DNA of 64,000 nt from Okamejei kenojei. Its lineage: Eukaryota. Positions 1-11,902 of the stretch are shown in pieces. Where the stretch lies: NCBI GenBank assembly GCA_035221665.1, contig CM069131.1:50592001-50656000 (forward strand). The letters are read 5' to 3'. The translations under genes were made by a program, and so were the position numbers. The notes under the pieces were generated by a model. That model had not been told where the DNA came from and did not search any database. It saw only the letters and a list, made by a program, of their open reading frames with translations. Every line of letters starts with the position of its first letter. Position 1 is the stretch's first letter.

Positions 1-1690
1 GAGCCAAACCAGACCATGATGGAGAAGGTGAGGACAGACTCTATGATGGCAGTATAAAACTGGACCATCTTTGCTTGTGGCAGATTGTGTTTTCTCAGCT
101 GCCACAGGAAGTACATCCTCTGTTGGGCCTTTATGACTGTGGAGTCGATGGTGGCCTCCCATTTAAGGTTCCTGGAGATGATGGTTCCAAGGAATTTAAA
201 TGACTCTACAGATGTGACTGTGGTGTTGTTGATGGTGAATGAGGGGAGGGGGAGCTCTCCTAAAGTCTACAATCAATTCCAAGTCTTAAGTGCATTGAGC
301 TCCAGGTTGTTGTGATGGCACCAGGACGTCAGCTGTGACACTTCCTGTCTGTAGGCAGATTCCTCCCCATCCTGGATCAGTCCAATCAGGGTTGTGTCAT
401 CTGTAAACTTGAGAAGCTTGACAGAGGAGTCTGTGGAGGTACAGTCTTTGGTGTAGAGAGAGTAAAGGAGAGGGGAGAATACGCAGCCTTGCTCCTATGC
501 TGAGGGTCAGGGGCCCAAGATGCGCTTTCCCAGCCTCACATGCTGGTTCCTGTCTGTCAGGAAGTTGCTGATCCTGGATGAAGTGCAGGCCTGGGTTGGC
601 TGCATCATCCACTGATCTATTTGCCCGGTATGCAAACTGCAGGGGGTCCAGCAGCGAGTTTGTGATATTTTTCAGGTGAGCCAGTACAAGTCTTTCAAGG
701 GCCTTCATGATTACAGAGGTCAGTGCGACAGGCCTATAGTCATCAAGACCAGTAATCCTTGGCCTTTTGGGTACAAGAACAATAGTGGAGACTTTGAAGC
801 AGGCAGGGACAGTACAGGTTTGCAGGGACTGGTTGAGAATGTCTGTGTTTACTGGTGCCAGTTGTTCGGCACAGAGCTTGAGGGTCAAGGGGAAAACATT
901 GTCCGGTCCTGGAGATTTCCGGCTTTTCTGTCTCCTGAATAACTTTTTCACTTCCTCAATTGCTATTGTTAGTGATGGAGAAGTGGTCAGACTGATGTTA
1001 GGCAGCACCGAGGGGGTGGGTAGTGGATGAGGGCCCAGTCTTTGTAGACTGTAGTCAGGCTGTGAGTAGGTGTGATGTGGTGGTGATTGGGGAGGAGTGG
1101 GTGGGGGAGGGAAGGAGGGAGGGGGTATTGTCTATCTGTTGAACCTGCAGTAGAACTTGTTCAGATCGTTGGTCAGCTGACGATTGTCCAAGGAGCGGGG
1201 GGGGGGGGGGGGGGGGGGGGGGTTCCTCTTGTAGCTGGTGATTTCTTGCAAGCCCTTCCACACTGAAGAAGAGTCATTAGCTGAGAACTTGCTCCTCAAC
1301 TTCTCAGAGTACCTTTCCTTGGCAGCTCTGATTCCTCTTCTCAGCTTGTACTTTGCCTGCCTGTAGGGGTCTGCACCTCCGCTCCTGTAGGCCTCATCTT
1401 TAAACTGGCAGAGCTGTCTGAGTTCTGCTGTAAAGCCAGGGCTTGTCATTGTTGAACCTGATACGGGTCCTAGTGGGAAGCAACTGTCCTCACTAAAGTT
1501 GACATATGATGTCACCTTGCCTGTATATTAATCGATGCTTGTAGTTGCTTCCCTGAATACATTCCAATCCATGCAGTCAAAGCAGGACTGCGGGTTTTCA
1601 ATTCCCTCGCTTGTCCAGTTTTTAATTGTTCTGGCCACAGGCTTAGCAGATTTTAGTTTCTGCCTGCAGGTCGGAATAAGATGTTTTGAT
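1..1690 (-). mobile_element. Rex1/Babar-type non-LTR retrotransposon, degenerate ORF2 (RT), running off the window edge
   Basis: ORF 397..1008 has KSPGPD, VPACFK.STIV.VPK, DYRPVALTSVIMKALERLV and LDPLQFAYRANRSVDDA; ORF 1132..1515 is the linker upstream of RT; frameshifted. Confidence 0.9.
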
Positions 1691-2097
1691 TAAGATCCCA
1701 GCATTTGCAGTTTATTGTGTTCCTCTCCAAGAATGCTGCCTGACACGCTGAGTATTTCCATTACTTTCTGTTTTTACTTCTGATTTCCCAGTATCATTGG
1801 CATTTTGCCTAGCAACGACTTTGAGATAGATTTGCATTTTGTACTAGTGTTGTGTAACGCATCCATTAGCTGGCACTTCTGCTCTTGAGATTAAAACATC
1901 AAAACGCAAAGTATTGAAATGCAGCAATCACAGTTATCTCATCGGCACTGTATTCACAAGTGTTACATCTTCGTCTGACAGGATTTGTTTTGGGGGAAAT
2001 TGTCAAGCATGCTATGCATGTCAATTAAACAGACTGCGGATGGAAAGATCTGCAGTTTCTTTACCTGCAACATCTCCTCCTCTTGCAACCCTTGGGT

Positions 2098-2402
2098 GGC
2101 ACGGTGGTGCAGCTGTGGAGTTGCTGCCTCACAACGCCAGAGACCCGGGTTCGATCCTGACTATGGGTCCTATCTGTATGAGAGTTTGTACGTTCTCCCT
2201 GTGACCATGTGGGTTATCTCCGGGTGCTCCGGTTTCATCCCACATTCCAAAGATGTCCAGGTTTGTAGGCTAATTGACTTCTGCAAATCGCTTCTGGTGT
2301 GTAGGTTTGCAAAACTAGGATAACATGGATCTAATGTTTGTGTGATCATTGGTTGATGCAGACTCAGTGGGCCGAAGGGCCTGTTTCCACGCTGTATTTC
2401 TA
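2098..2402 (+). mobile_element. tRNA-derived V-SINE (HE1-like)
   Basis: tRNA-like head GGCACGGTGG...GGTTCGATCC, V-domain-like CTCCGGTTTCATCCCAC, CR1-like tail TGGGCCGAAGGGCCTGTTTCC. Confidence 0.85.
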
Positions 2403-2452
2403 ATTCACGCTGCATTCACCACCTTGTAGCATTTTGTGTTAACCAGAGGGCT

Positions 2453-2685
2453 AGCACAGTGGCCCAATGGTAGAGTTGCTGCCTTACAGCGCTAGAGACC
2501 CCGATTCGACCCTGACTACCAGTGCTGTCTGTACGATTCTATATGTTCCCCCTGTGACTGCACTGGCTTTCTCCGGGTGCTCCCACATTGCAAAGACATG
2601 CAGGTTTGTAGGCTCATTGGCTTTGGTAGGTTGTAAGTTGTGAGTAAATTGGGCTGAAGGGCCTGCTTCCCTGCTGTATCACTCT
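2453..2685 (+). mobile_element. V-SINE (HE1-like)
   Basis: Same head, central domain and tail motifs, more diverged. Confidence 0.8.
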
Positions 2686-2859
2686 ATGAGCCTAATATCT
2701 ATGCATCTGTCCACGTGCCTTTTAAATGCAGTGTTCTTCACACGAGGAGGAGAATTGTAGTTTGCTCAGTGGTTTTCTATGATCTGGGAGCAATCCCTGA
2801 AAGGTCCGTGAAAGCAGATTCAGCAGCAGATTTATAATGGACTAATAATTTGACCACCA

Positions 2860-3525
2860 GGCTCGCCGGGGAGATGGCTGCCCTGCCGGCAGTCTGTGCG
2901 CTTTTTCAGTCTTTTTGTTATTTTTTAGTTTGTTAAAAGTTTTGTTTTTAACGTTCTTCGGTTTCTTTAATGTGGGGGGAGTCGGGAGGGGATCGGGGGA
3001 AACTTTTTTTCAAGCTCTTACCTTCCCGGAGATGTGATCACATTTTCCGGGCTCTGCGGCCTTCCATCGATGGACTTAACATCGGAGCTGATCCCTTGCC
3101 TGGGATCGCTTCCACCGCGACCACAGTAGACTTCAACATCAAGGGCTCGCAGTCTCGAGTGAGGCTTGTCGGGAAGCTCCAACGTCGTGGAAGGTTCACC
3201 AGCCCCGACGCGAGGTTCGATCGCTCGGCACGGGCGAGCTGAAATCCCCCCGATGCGGGAGCAGATCGCCTCGACGGGTGTCAAGATCGTCCCGTCAACG
3301 GGGGCTCGAGGCCCACGACCGAGGAAGAACTAAGGGACGGACTTGAACTTTATTTTGCCTTCCATCACAGTGAGGAATGTGTAGGAGTCACTGTGGTGGA
3401 TGTCATGTTAAAATGTGTTTTTGAAGTGGTCTGTTACTTTTAATTGTGTGACTGACCTGGCCAATGAAATTCCTCGTATGTTGCAAAACATACTTGGCGA
3501 ATAAAGTCTCATTCTGATTCTGATA
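2860..3525 (+). mobile_element. CpG-rich non-coding retroposon with a LINE-like 3' tail
   Basis: 5' GGCTGCCCTGCC and 3' GCCTTCCATCACAGTGAGG...GTGGTGGATGT blocks shared with other copies in the window; ends in AATAAA plus (TTCTGA)n. Confidence 0.65.
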
Positions 3526-3985
3526 ATAGAAAAGGAGTTTAATCAGAAAAATTGGAGGTGCTGCATTTTAATAGGACAAGGAGTCTGTTCTCCGTGGTAT
3601 GGAGTCTAAGAGTAGAGGACACATTTATGGTGAGGTATAAAAGGGACCTGAAAGGCAACTTTTTCCACACAGAGGGTGATGCATCTATGAGCTGCTTTCA
3701 GTATCCTGGGGTGGCAGAAGAACACAACTGCTTCATTGGGAATCTGTTGGTAAATGTGCCCAGTAATAATGTTTGTTCATTCCGCTGGTATTCTATGGAT
3801 GTCCCTTCCACAATGGAAAGGTATTTGCCATGTCTACTCACAGTTAGCTGATATGTGACTCTATACTTACAATACCACCCCTCTGAGATAGTTATAGTCG
3901 GAGAGTGTTTTATTGTCGTATGTCCCAGAAAGAACAATGAAATTCTTTCTTGCGGCAGCACAACAGAATATATAAACATAGAATG

Positions 3986-4982
3986 TAGGTATGTTACAAA
4001 ACTTACCTTTAGCGGCGCTGCAGTTTTGGCGCCTTTGAGAGGGGGGCGGGTTTAAAATGGCGTTTACTCCAGACTATTCAAATCGATTTATCTCAAGGGA
4101 TTTCGTTGCTGAAGAGAAATCGCTCTGACATTTGTTTTATGGAGGTATTTTTAAACTACGCTGGATAAAGTATTAGCTGGAGTAAATTAAAAATCACCTT
4201 GTAAAGCCGTGAATGCCGACAACGGGACGGATCTCACGTTGGGGACACAACAAGGTACACAGTTTATTTTTACATAAAAACGTGCTTCTTAGGAAGCCTT
4301 TTATCAAAATGTAATGTTGCGAAAAGGTGACTAAAAAAATATACGAACCGGCAGTATTTTTCCTGTCGACTGGGGGTTAAATTCACCGCAACCGCAACGT
4401 TCCAAACGATCGCGTTCCACAAAAACCCACTCGCTAGTTGATTTAAATGGCCATTAATTTACGGGAATTAAACTCTAAATTCCTTCAATTTGGCCTATAA
4501 ATTCATGACAATAAGATTTTAAATCATGTTATATTGTGAATTCTTGTGTGAATGTTATTTGGACACTTAGGCTTTTTAAAAATGTTAACCTTTTCTTAAG
4601 AAATTGATAGATGTTTAGATCTAGCAATTGAATTTTGTAATTAGCTACAATTAGGTAACTAATTATATGCTTTAATTTCAGGTCATCCAAGTAAGATTGT
4701 TTCACATTTGTTTCACAATGCTTCAATCTATAATAACTGAAAATTTCATTCAGTTCTCTTAATTTTTAAGAAAGTTACGGGCTTTTGACTGTCCTTGTGT
4801 GTTGTCAATGGAAAAGCAATAGGGAACAAGATGGTAATTTCTGAGTATGAAAATGGCCATAACTTTTTTAATACTGAAGATATGAAAGTGAATTAGGTGT
4901 CAAATTAAACTTTTTATGCTTTATCTGATGGGATAAATTGCAGACTTGATTTTTTAAATCTCAAAATATTGTAACATTGCTA
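3986..4982. mobile_element. Non-autonomous DNA transposon (hAT-like MITE), copy 1
   Basis: Termini TAGGTATGTTACAA / TTGTAACATTGCTA (12/14 inverted match); flanks TAGAATG / GAGAATG; co-linear with 37780-38813. Confidence 0.85.
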
Positions 4983-5098
4983 GAGAATGGGGTTAGGAGG
5001 GAGAGATAGATCAGCAGTGATTGAATGTCGGAGTAGACTTGATGGGCCAAATGGACTAATTCTGTTCCGATTACTTATGATCTTATGACCTTATGACA
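4983..5098 (+). mobile_element. CR1 LINE 3' end
   Basis: GATTGAATG...GATGGGCCAAATGGACTAATTCTG followed by a (CTTATGA)n tail. Confidence 0.75.
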
Positions 5099-5189
5099 AG
5101 TTGCTTTGTCTGGCACAACTGGGTTTCAATCGCTCCTTATTTCTTTCACACCCAAGTGTGGCTTCACCAATCACAAGGTTAAAAGTTCA

Positions 5190-5477
5190 GTTTAGAGATA
5201 CAGTGTGGAAACAGGCACTTCAGCCACTGAGTCTGCATTGACCAGTGATCCCCGTACATTAACCAACACATAGTAGGGAAGACAATTTACAATTTTTTTT
5301 TTTTTTTTACCAAGCCAATTAACGTACAAATCTGTATGTCTTTGGAATGTGGGAGGAAACTGGAGAAAACCCACGCGTGTCTCGGGGAGAACGTACAAAC
5401 TCTGTACAGACAGCACCCATAGTCAGGATCAAACCTATGGCGCTGTAAGGAAGCCACTCCACCGCTGCGCCACAGTG
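5190..5477 (-). mobile_element. V-SINE (HE1-like)
   Basis: Reverse complement of the V-SINE motifs (GTGGGAGGAAAC, GGAAACAGGC). Confidence 0.85.
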
Positions 5478-5659
5478 ACGCCCAACCTTTTCAATCAGTT
5501 ACTTTTCTTCAGTAACAAGCTAGACATGTCAAGCCAATTTTCATTCAATTTAATATTGGGGATTCAGACTGAATTCAGAATCAATGGGTCAATAGTGCTT
5601 TATTTGTCACATGTCAACTGCACAGTGAAACTCTTTATGCAAATTTACACAACCAGGTA

Positions 5660-6192
5660 CGTTTTGGTGCCATATTATATACGGCCATCGTAGAGTCTGT
5701 CCTCACCTTCTCCATCATGGTCTGGTTTTACTCAGCAACCAAGCACGACATCCAGAGGCTGCAGCGAATCATCTGATCAGCTGAGAAGGTTGTTGCCTGC
5801 ACCTTCCCCCCCCCCCATTGACGAACTGTGCACTGCAAGGGCCAGGAAGCGAGTGGGTAAGATCATCTCTGAACCCTCTCGCCCTGGCCACAAACTCGTT
5901 GAAGCACTTCCCTCTGGAAGGCGACTCCGGACTGTCAAAGCTGCCCCAGGCAGACATAAAAACTGCTTTTTTTCTACGAGTAGTAGCTCTAATCAATAAC
6001 CAAAAGTCTGTAGCCTCCTTTTGCTCTGGTATTTTATTTCATTCACGTGTTTAAACTATAATGTTTTATTATTAATGTTTTATGTGTCATTCTTAATTGT
6101 TACTGTATGTCGTGTTGTTACTTGCGAGTGGAGCACCAAGGCAAATTCCTTGTATGTGTACATACTTGGCCAATAAACGTATTCATTCATTC
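5660..6192 (+). mobile_element. Rex1/Babar LINE 3' end
   Basis: ORF2 C-terminal motifs (HKLVEALPSGRRLRTVK), AATAAA and a (TTCA)n tail. Confidence 0.8.
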
Positions 6193-6194
6193 AT

Positions 6195-6985
6195 ATCCAA
6201 AGTTCAAAGTCCAGTCCGCCAGCGCTCTGTCTACTGACCCTGGTAAGCCCCAAGCTTCTGCAGGGCCTTCCTCCATTGCCTTCGACCGGATAGGCCCGCA
6301 AACCGACATCCTTTTCCTTGCCGGCCATCTTTGTGTCCCGGGGGCACCTTCGGCAGCCAATCTTGTAGACGCTGGAGGCATTATCCCGGGTTTACCTTCT
6401 TACCGGCCCATGCTCCACACATCCGGCTTCTCCAGTGGCTCCCTCCTGGTTCTGCAGTACGTTGAGCCTTCAGGTCCTCATGGCCTGCTGCAGGAGATGG
6501 TTAACGTGCTTTTTGCATGTAAGCTCTTGCGAGGCCCTTGCGTTCACTAAAGTGCTGCCAATGTGCTCCACTACATTGAATCTACATCCTCTTTTAACAC
6601 CAGATCTAAATGTAGTTGAGCCCACAGGTGCCAGGCCTTTTGTTGCTGGTCTTCAGGGCATTCCCCATTGCTGTAAGCAAATGTATGGGAATGTTGCTTT
6701 GGCATGTTGCAAGTGGGCTGTGGGAAATCAATGCCCCTTTTCCAGACACTTAACAAATGCCTACGCTCTTGGTATCCCGGGTGGCAGAAGGACACAGCTG
6801 CTTCATTGGGTATCTATTGCTTACCATCTCCGTCGGGCACCCATAAATGTGCCCAGTAATTACGTCCATTCAGCTGGTATTCTGTGGATGCCTCTTCCCT
6901 GGCGTCTGTAATGGGAAGGAATTTGCCATGTCTACTCACAGTTAGCTGTTATTTGACTCCATACTTGCAGCACCACCCCTCCGAG
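6195..6985 (-). mobile_element. Possible relic of a restriction-like-endonuclease non-LTR element
   Basis: Degenerate SFCHPGYQERRHLLSVW (CCHC knuckle-like), DLVL and YPVEG across frames; partly duplicated at 3701-3900. Confidence 0.3.
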
Positions 6986-7969
6986 ATGGTTGTGGAGTCG
7001 AGAGTGTTTTATAGTCATATGTCCCAGAAAGAGCAATGAAATTCTTACTTGCAGCAGCACAACCGAATATGTAAACATAGTACACTGTAAACAATATAAT
7101 AAACGAGAAAAAATGTTTTTGCTGTGTATGTAAAAAATGTATACACGGATGCACACAGACACTCAGATGCACGCCCCGTTACTGTTTTCCGGCTCCTATA
7201 TCTACATCCCGATTCCTGATCAGTCATACAGCGTGGAAACAGGCCCTTCGGCCCAACCTGCCCACGTCAACCAACATGTCCCATCTTCACTACTCCCACC
7301 TGCCTGTATTTGGCCCATATCCCTCTAAACCTGTCCTATCCATGTACCTGTTTGCATGTTTCTTCGAGGAAGTGAGGAAGTGACTCATTTCAGTAGTTGG
7401 CCAAAGACCACAAGCCTTCCTTGTGACCTTGTAAGTGAACAAAGAGAACATGGAGCCTCATGTGTATTTGAAACTCTTTCGCAACATTCATGAACAACTA
7501 ACTTCAATCTTTTCAAGCTGAAGTCTTCCAGGAGTTTGAGAGCCCCAAGCCTGTTACTTTTTAAAGGTTTATTTAAAGTTTTGCAGGTTAACAATCATAA
7601 GATAAATCCCACCCATTTTGTGCAAACCAAACTCTTGTTGCTGCCAACTCTCCTGACTCGCCTGAGGGTGAGAGTTGGCAGGACTCCCCACACCTCACCC
7701 ATAACCTCTGCTGTCCCAACATGCTGCTCCCAGCCCAGGTGTGGGCGTGAAGGCAGAACTGAACCTGACCAGACACCACCGTGACGTCAGCTCGGATGCC
7801 TGAGTTCCAAGCCATGCGGCTCGGAAGAGGAAGCATGAGATAGTCTGGGAGGAGAGGGGAGCGGTTCTTGTGCAGAGAGATGAGGAGAAGTAGCAAAGGC
7901 ACAACCTCCTGCAGCCACAGAGTCTGGATTTGGTTCCTTTGATTGAAAGCAGTGAATCTGATTCACCAT

Positions 7970-8100
7970 CTGTGAAGAAATGGCAGATGGAGTTTAATCC
8001 AAGCAAGTGTGACGTGTTGCACTTTGGGAGATTGAATATAAGAGGAAAGTGTACAGTTAATGGCAAGACCCTTAACAGAGGGATCATGAGGTCCAAGTCC
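7970..8100 (+). mobile_element. CR1 RT fragment
   Basis: KWQMEFNPSKCDVLHFGR. Confidence 0.85.
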
Positions 8101-8104
8101 ATAG

Positions 8105-8670
8105 CTCCTTTACCTCTAACCCCAGATTCTACTTTTTCCTAATTTCTACTCCACTCTGTTTACTCCATCACTCTACATCCCATTCCTTTATCACTTCCAT
8201 TCCCCTTCCTCTAGCACTCATTCATGTCCATTTATCCCCTTCCCTCTCCAAACCGAGGTCCCTCTCTCAGTCTCCCCACTCTACACTCAGTCATACAGCA
8301 CAGAAACAATCCCTTTGGGCCAACTTGCCTGTGCCATCCAAGATGCCCCATCTATGTTTGGCCCATATCCCTTTAAACATAAACCTGCCCCACCCCCCCC
8401 CCCCCCCCCCTCAATTCCTCACTTCCCCCCTAACCCACTCCCCCTTTAACTCCCGTCTCTCTCTCTCTCCCTCATTCATACTTGCTGCACATCTGACTCC
8501 CCTCTTTCCATGCCATCTCCTCATGCTACATCCCTTCCTCCTCTCCTCCCCTACCTACATCCTTCCCCTGCAAAGGTCCCACCCTCTCAAACACCCCACT
8601 TCCTCTCTGCATTGTTCACTTTCCTTGCCTCTTGTTGACCCTGCCCCTAATCACTATCTCCCACTCATTT
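8105..8670. repeat. Pyrimidine-rich low-complexity tract with poly-C
   Basis: C/T-rich composition; C-run at ~8393-8410. Confidence 0.8.
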
Positions 8671-9151
8671 GCATTATTTAGAAATGTTGGTATTCCATAA
8701 TTGTCTAATAATGTGATGAAAACCTCGATTAACTTGTGTTTTAATAACCACACAATTAATATTGTAATCATTTGACAGCCCTAATTATTATGTTAAGTGT
8801 GTTGATACAATTACATTTCATTATATTGTAAGGTTGTGATGCAAATAATGATCTCAATAGCTGAGAGGAATTATTCTTGGTGGAATTCAATTAATAAACT
8901 GTTATTCTTTCATTTTTAATACAGTGATTTGTATTACTGTCTCTTTTTATTTGCATAACTAATTTGCTCGGGTTAAATATGAAATTATACAGGATGTGAG
9001 CTTTGGGCATTATAGAATAGTTGGCGGGGGGGTGGCGGGAGGTGCTGAGGGAAAGTGATATGGCCACACAAAAATAACAAAACTAGTTTAAGCACCAGTT
9101 ATAACATTGTATTTTAAGATTAGGTTTATTATTGTCATGTGTATCAAGATA

Positions 9152-9543
9152 CAGTAAAGCCTCGCAGCAACGGACCTCTATATAACATATTTTGGTTATA
9201 GTGGACCGAGGCTCCCGCTCCCCCACTCTCACCTCTGCCAGTTACCTAAAGAGCTGGTGCCGCATGTCGTACTTCCGGTTGCAGCCGCAGAGAGAGCGAG
9301 CAGCATGAAGACTGCGTGAGTACCCGGTGCACTGCGTGTGGGGCCCGGGGCTCTGTGGTTCCCCGACCTGCAAATTCCCGCTTGTTTAAACTGTCCCCAA
9401 TGCTGAGTTTCTTCCCTTCTGGTCTGGGGATAAATGTTTCCCCCGTCCCCCTTCACTCGGTTATAGCAGACAATCAGCAATAGTCGACGACAGCATTCCC
9501 TCCCCACCCACCCTCCTTGGTCCATTATTGCGAGGGTTTACTG
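9152..9543. mobile_element. Tc1/mariner (Tigger-like) MITE
   Basis: 25-bp TIRs CAGTAAAGCCTCGCAGCAACGGACC / GGTCCATTATTGCGAGGGTTTACTG; TA on both sides; splits a LINE 3' tail at its TA. Confidence 0.85.
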
Positions 9544-10573
9544 TACAGTGAAAAACATCGGTTTTTTTTGTGGGCTATCCACTCAAATCAGACAAGTACA
9601 AAAGTCACAAGTACAAAAGGTAGAGCAAAAAGAAAAATAAGAGTGCAGAATATACAATAGTTCTCAGCATCGTGGTGCAACAGTTAAAGAGGAAAAGTCC
9701 AAGATCCGCAATGAGGTACGAAACCTATTATTGCCTACAATGCATTATTATTTAGAATTACTGAGAAAAGCCATTTATGTGACTGATGACCGTTTGATGT
9801 CAATGATAACAGTCGTTTCTTTGCATCTTAAAATTGCGTTCACTCCTAGATCCCAAATAACCATCACACCACTGCACAGGCAACTAGTCCAGATTTCAGT
9901 CTAACTGGCTCTGAGGTTTCATCATTTTTTCCCCCATGTTCCAACTGATCACTGTATGTGTGTGTGTGAGATCTGCTTTGTCATTACAGATGGGAGAGGT
10001 TTAGGTTTAGAGGGACATGGAGCAAATGCGTGCAGGTGGGACTAGTGTAGATGGGGCATCTTGGTCAGCATGGGCAAGTTGGGTCCAAATGGCACATTTC
10101 TGTGCTTTGTGACTCTCTGCCTCCTGTGGCTGTACAGCCCTTTAGGTGATGGCTAGGAAGCCTTGAAGTTCAGCAGGCTACACTGACGTGGTTTGCTGGA
10201 AAGTTCATCTTAAACTAACATAAGTTTTGTCCCATGCAACTCGCTTGTTGCCAAAACCAAGCCAGCCTCCAAATGGAGATAGCATCATTTCAAAGTGATG
10301 AAAGAGATTAAGAATTGAAATTGCCTATAGAATAGTAAGATTAAACGAGAACTCACCTGTTCGAAGTTTGATCGTTATTTTTTACGAGGAGTTATTACGA
10401 TGAGGGATTACGTGAAGAACCCGCCTCACGCTCCCCCCCCGGTAACCGGCATACTTCAAAGCAACGGCAAATGAAAAACACAGAACACCAAAGCCGGAGT
10501 AACATAGTAAGGCTCATAAAAAGACTTAGAACCACCATTTGATCATTTATTTTACGAGGGTGGGAGCGGAGGG

Positions 10574-10687
10574 CACGTAATCCCTCATCGTAACTCCTCG
10601 TAAAATAACGATCAAAACTTCGAACAGGTGAGTTCTCGTTTAATCTTACTATTTTACTTCGGAGTCACGTGAGTGACTACGTGAAGA
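10574..10687 (-). repeat. DIRS internal complementary region (ICR)
   Basis: First part is the reverse complement of 10331-10414, second part of ~15208-15239; junction reads TAATCTTACT-ATTTT-ACTTCGGAG. Confidence 0.92.
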
Positions 10688-10929
10688 GTTTTAAAAGCTT
10701 TCTGTGTTTTTTATGTCGTAGAATTAATCCGTACGACAATCCCGCTAAGTAAACACATACATGAGAAAGCACACAAATGTTAGATCTTTTCACAATCAAG
10801 TTTTTTAATGGCTGAAAGACCATATAATACCCTCCTTATATTTGAGGGAAAAAATGATTATAAGTGACAAAAAAATATCAGTGACTACACAACTGATTAT
10901 AGCAATTAATAGCAAACAAAGCAGGGTGA

Positions 10930-11900
10930 TTATAGTGCTCCCAACACCGCGTGTCCAAAGCTTGTCATAGTGTGAACAGGTTTGTTGTAGAACTTTGAAA
11001 AAGTTTCTTCTTTTTTACTCCACCCTGCGATTTTTAAAATATGCTCAAGAGGTACGTCCCGCCCCTTCGTCGCGGACGTAGCTGCCGCCCTGGTGGAGTG
11101 AGATTTGAAGACATCAGTGTCTATTCCCGCTAAAACCAACACCTGTTTCAACCATTTTGAGATAGTTTGAACTGAAGCTTTTGTGTGTGGCTTTTTGTGC
11201 GTAAGCAGCAATGTCTTTTCGTTTCCTCGAAAAGTGTCCGTCACTTTAATACATTGGTTCAAATGTCTAACCACACACAAAGCAAGCTCAATATGAAAAG
11301 CTTGAAAGGTTACCTTTGTTCCAGATCTCCCTGGTCTACTTTGTTTGATCAGATCGTAAACATAGAATACAAACGTTATCTGTAGTCACATGCATACAGT
11401 CTAAAACGCAACATTTGTAAAGTTTGCACTCTTTGGGCTGAGACCAGTGACATTAACATGACCAATTTCAATGTTAACCTATCCAATGACAACCCTTCAA
11501 TTGGCGTCCATTCTCTAAGTAGAGCAAGTACTATGCTCACATCCCAAATCTCTGTATATCTAGGTTTTGGCGGATTTCATGTGAAAAATTCCTTTCATGA
11601 ATCGTGATATTAATGGATGCGACCCAATTGATTTTTCACCAGTCATAAGTCCTAAATAGGACGACAAGGCACTGCGTGCAGTGTTTAATGGCACTGTAAC
11701 TTAAATGTTGGCCAAAGCGCAAATTGGCAAGGAATTCCAAAACATGAGTAACATTCACATAATCCTCAGAAATATTTTGACTGTGTGCAAATTCTTCCTA
11801 TTCTTAATATGTGTCATATATTGTTTCTGTGTGCTATCTCGTCATGATGTGCCAATAACTGTCAAGTTTGGTCCGACAATCCCAGTTCCTGTAGTGGTCT
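10930..11900 (-). pseudogene. DIRS tyrosine recombinase, frameshifted
   Basis: TARSALSS, SHPLISRFMKGIF, KPRYTEIWDVS, LVSAQR (catalytic R), FKSHSTRAAATS (HxxR), AGW, FSKFY (catalytic Y). Confidence 0.9.
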
Positions 11901-11902
11901 GG

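Noticed and set aside
2098-2170. tRNA gene-like sequences at the SINE starts
   Set aside because: They continue into V-domain and CR1-like tails, so they are SINE heads rather than tRNA genes
7782-7789. Perfect CRE palindrome TGACGTCA in unique sequence
   Set aside because: A single 8-mer is expected by chance in 64 kb and has no supporting promoter context
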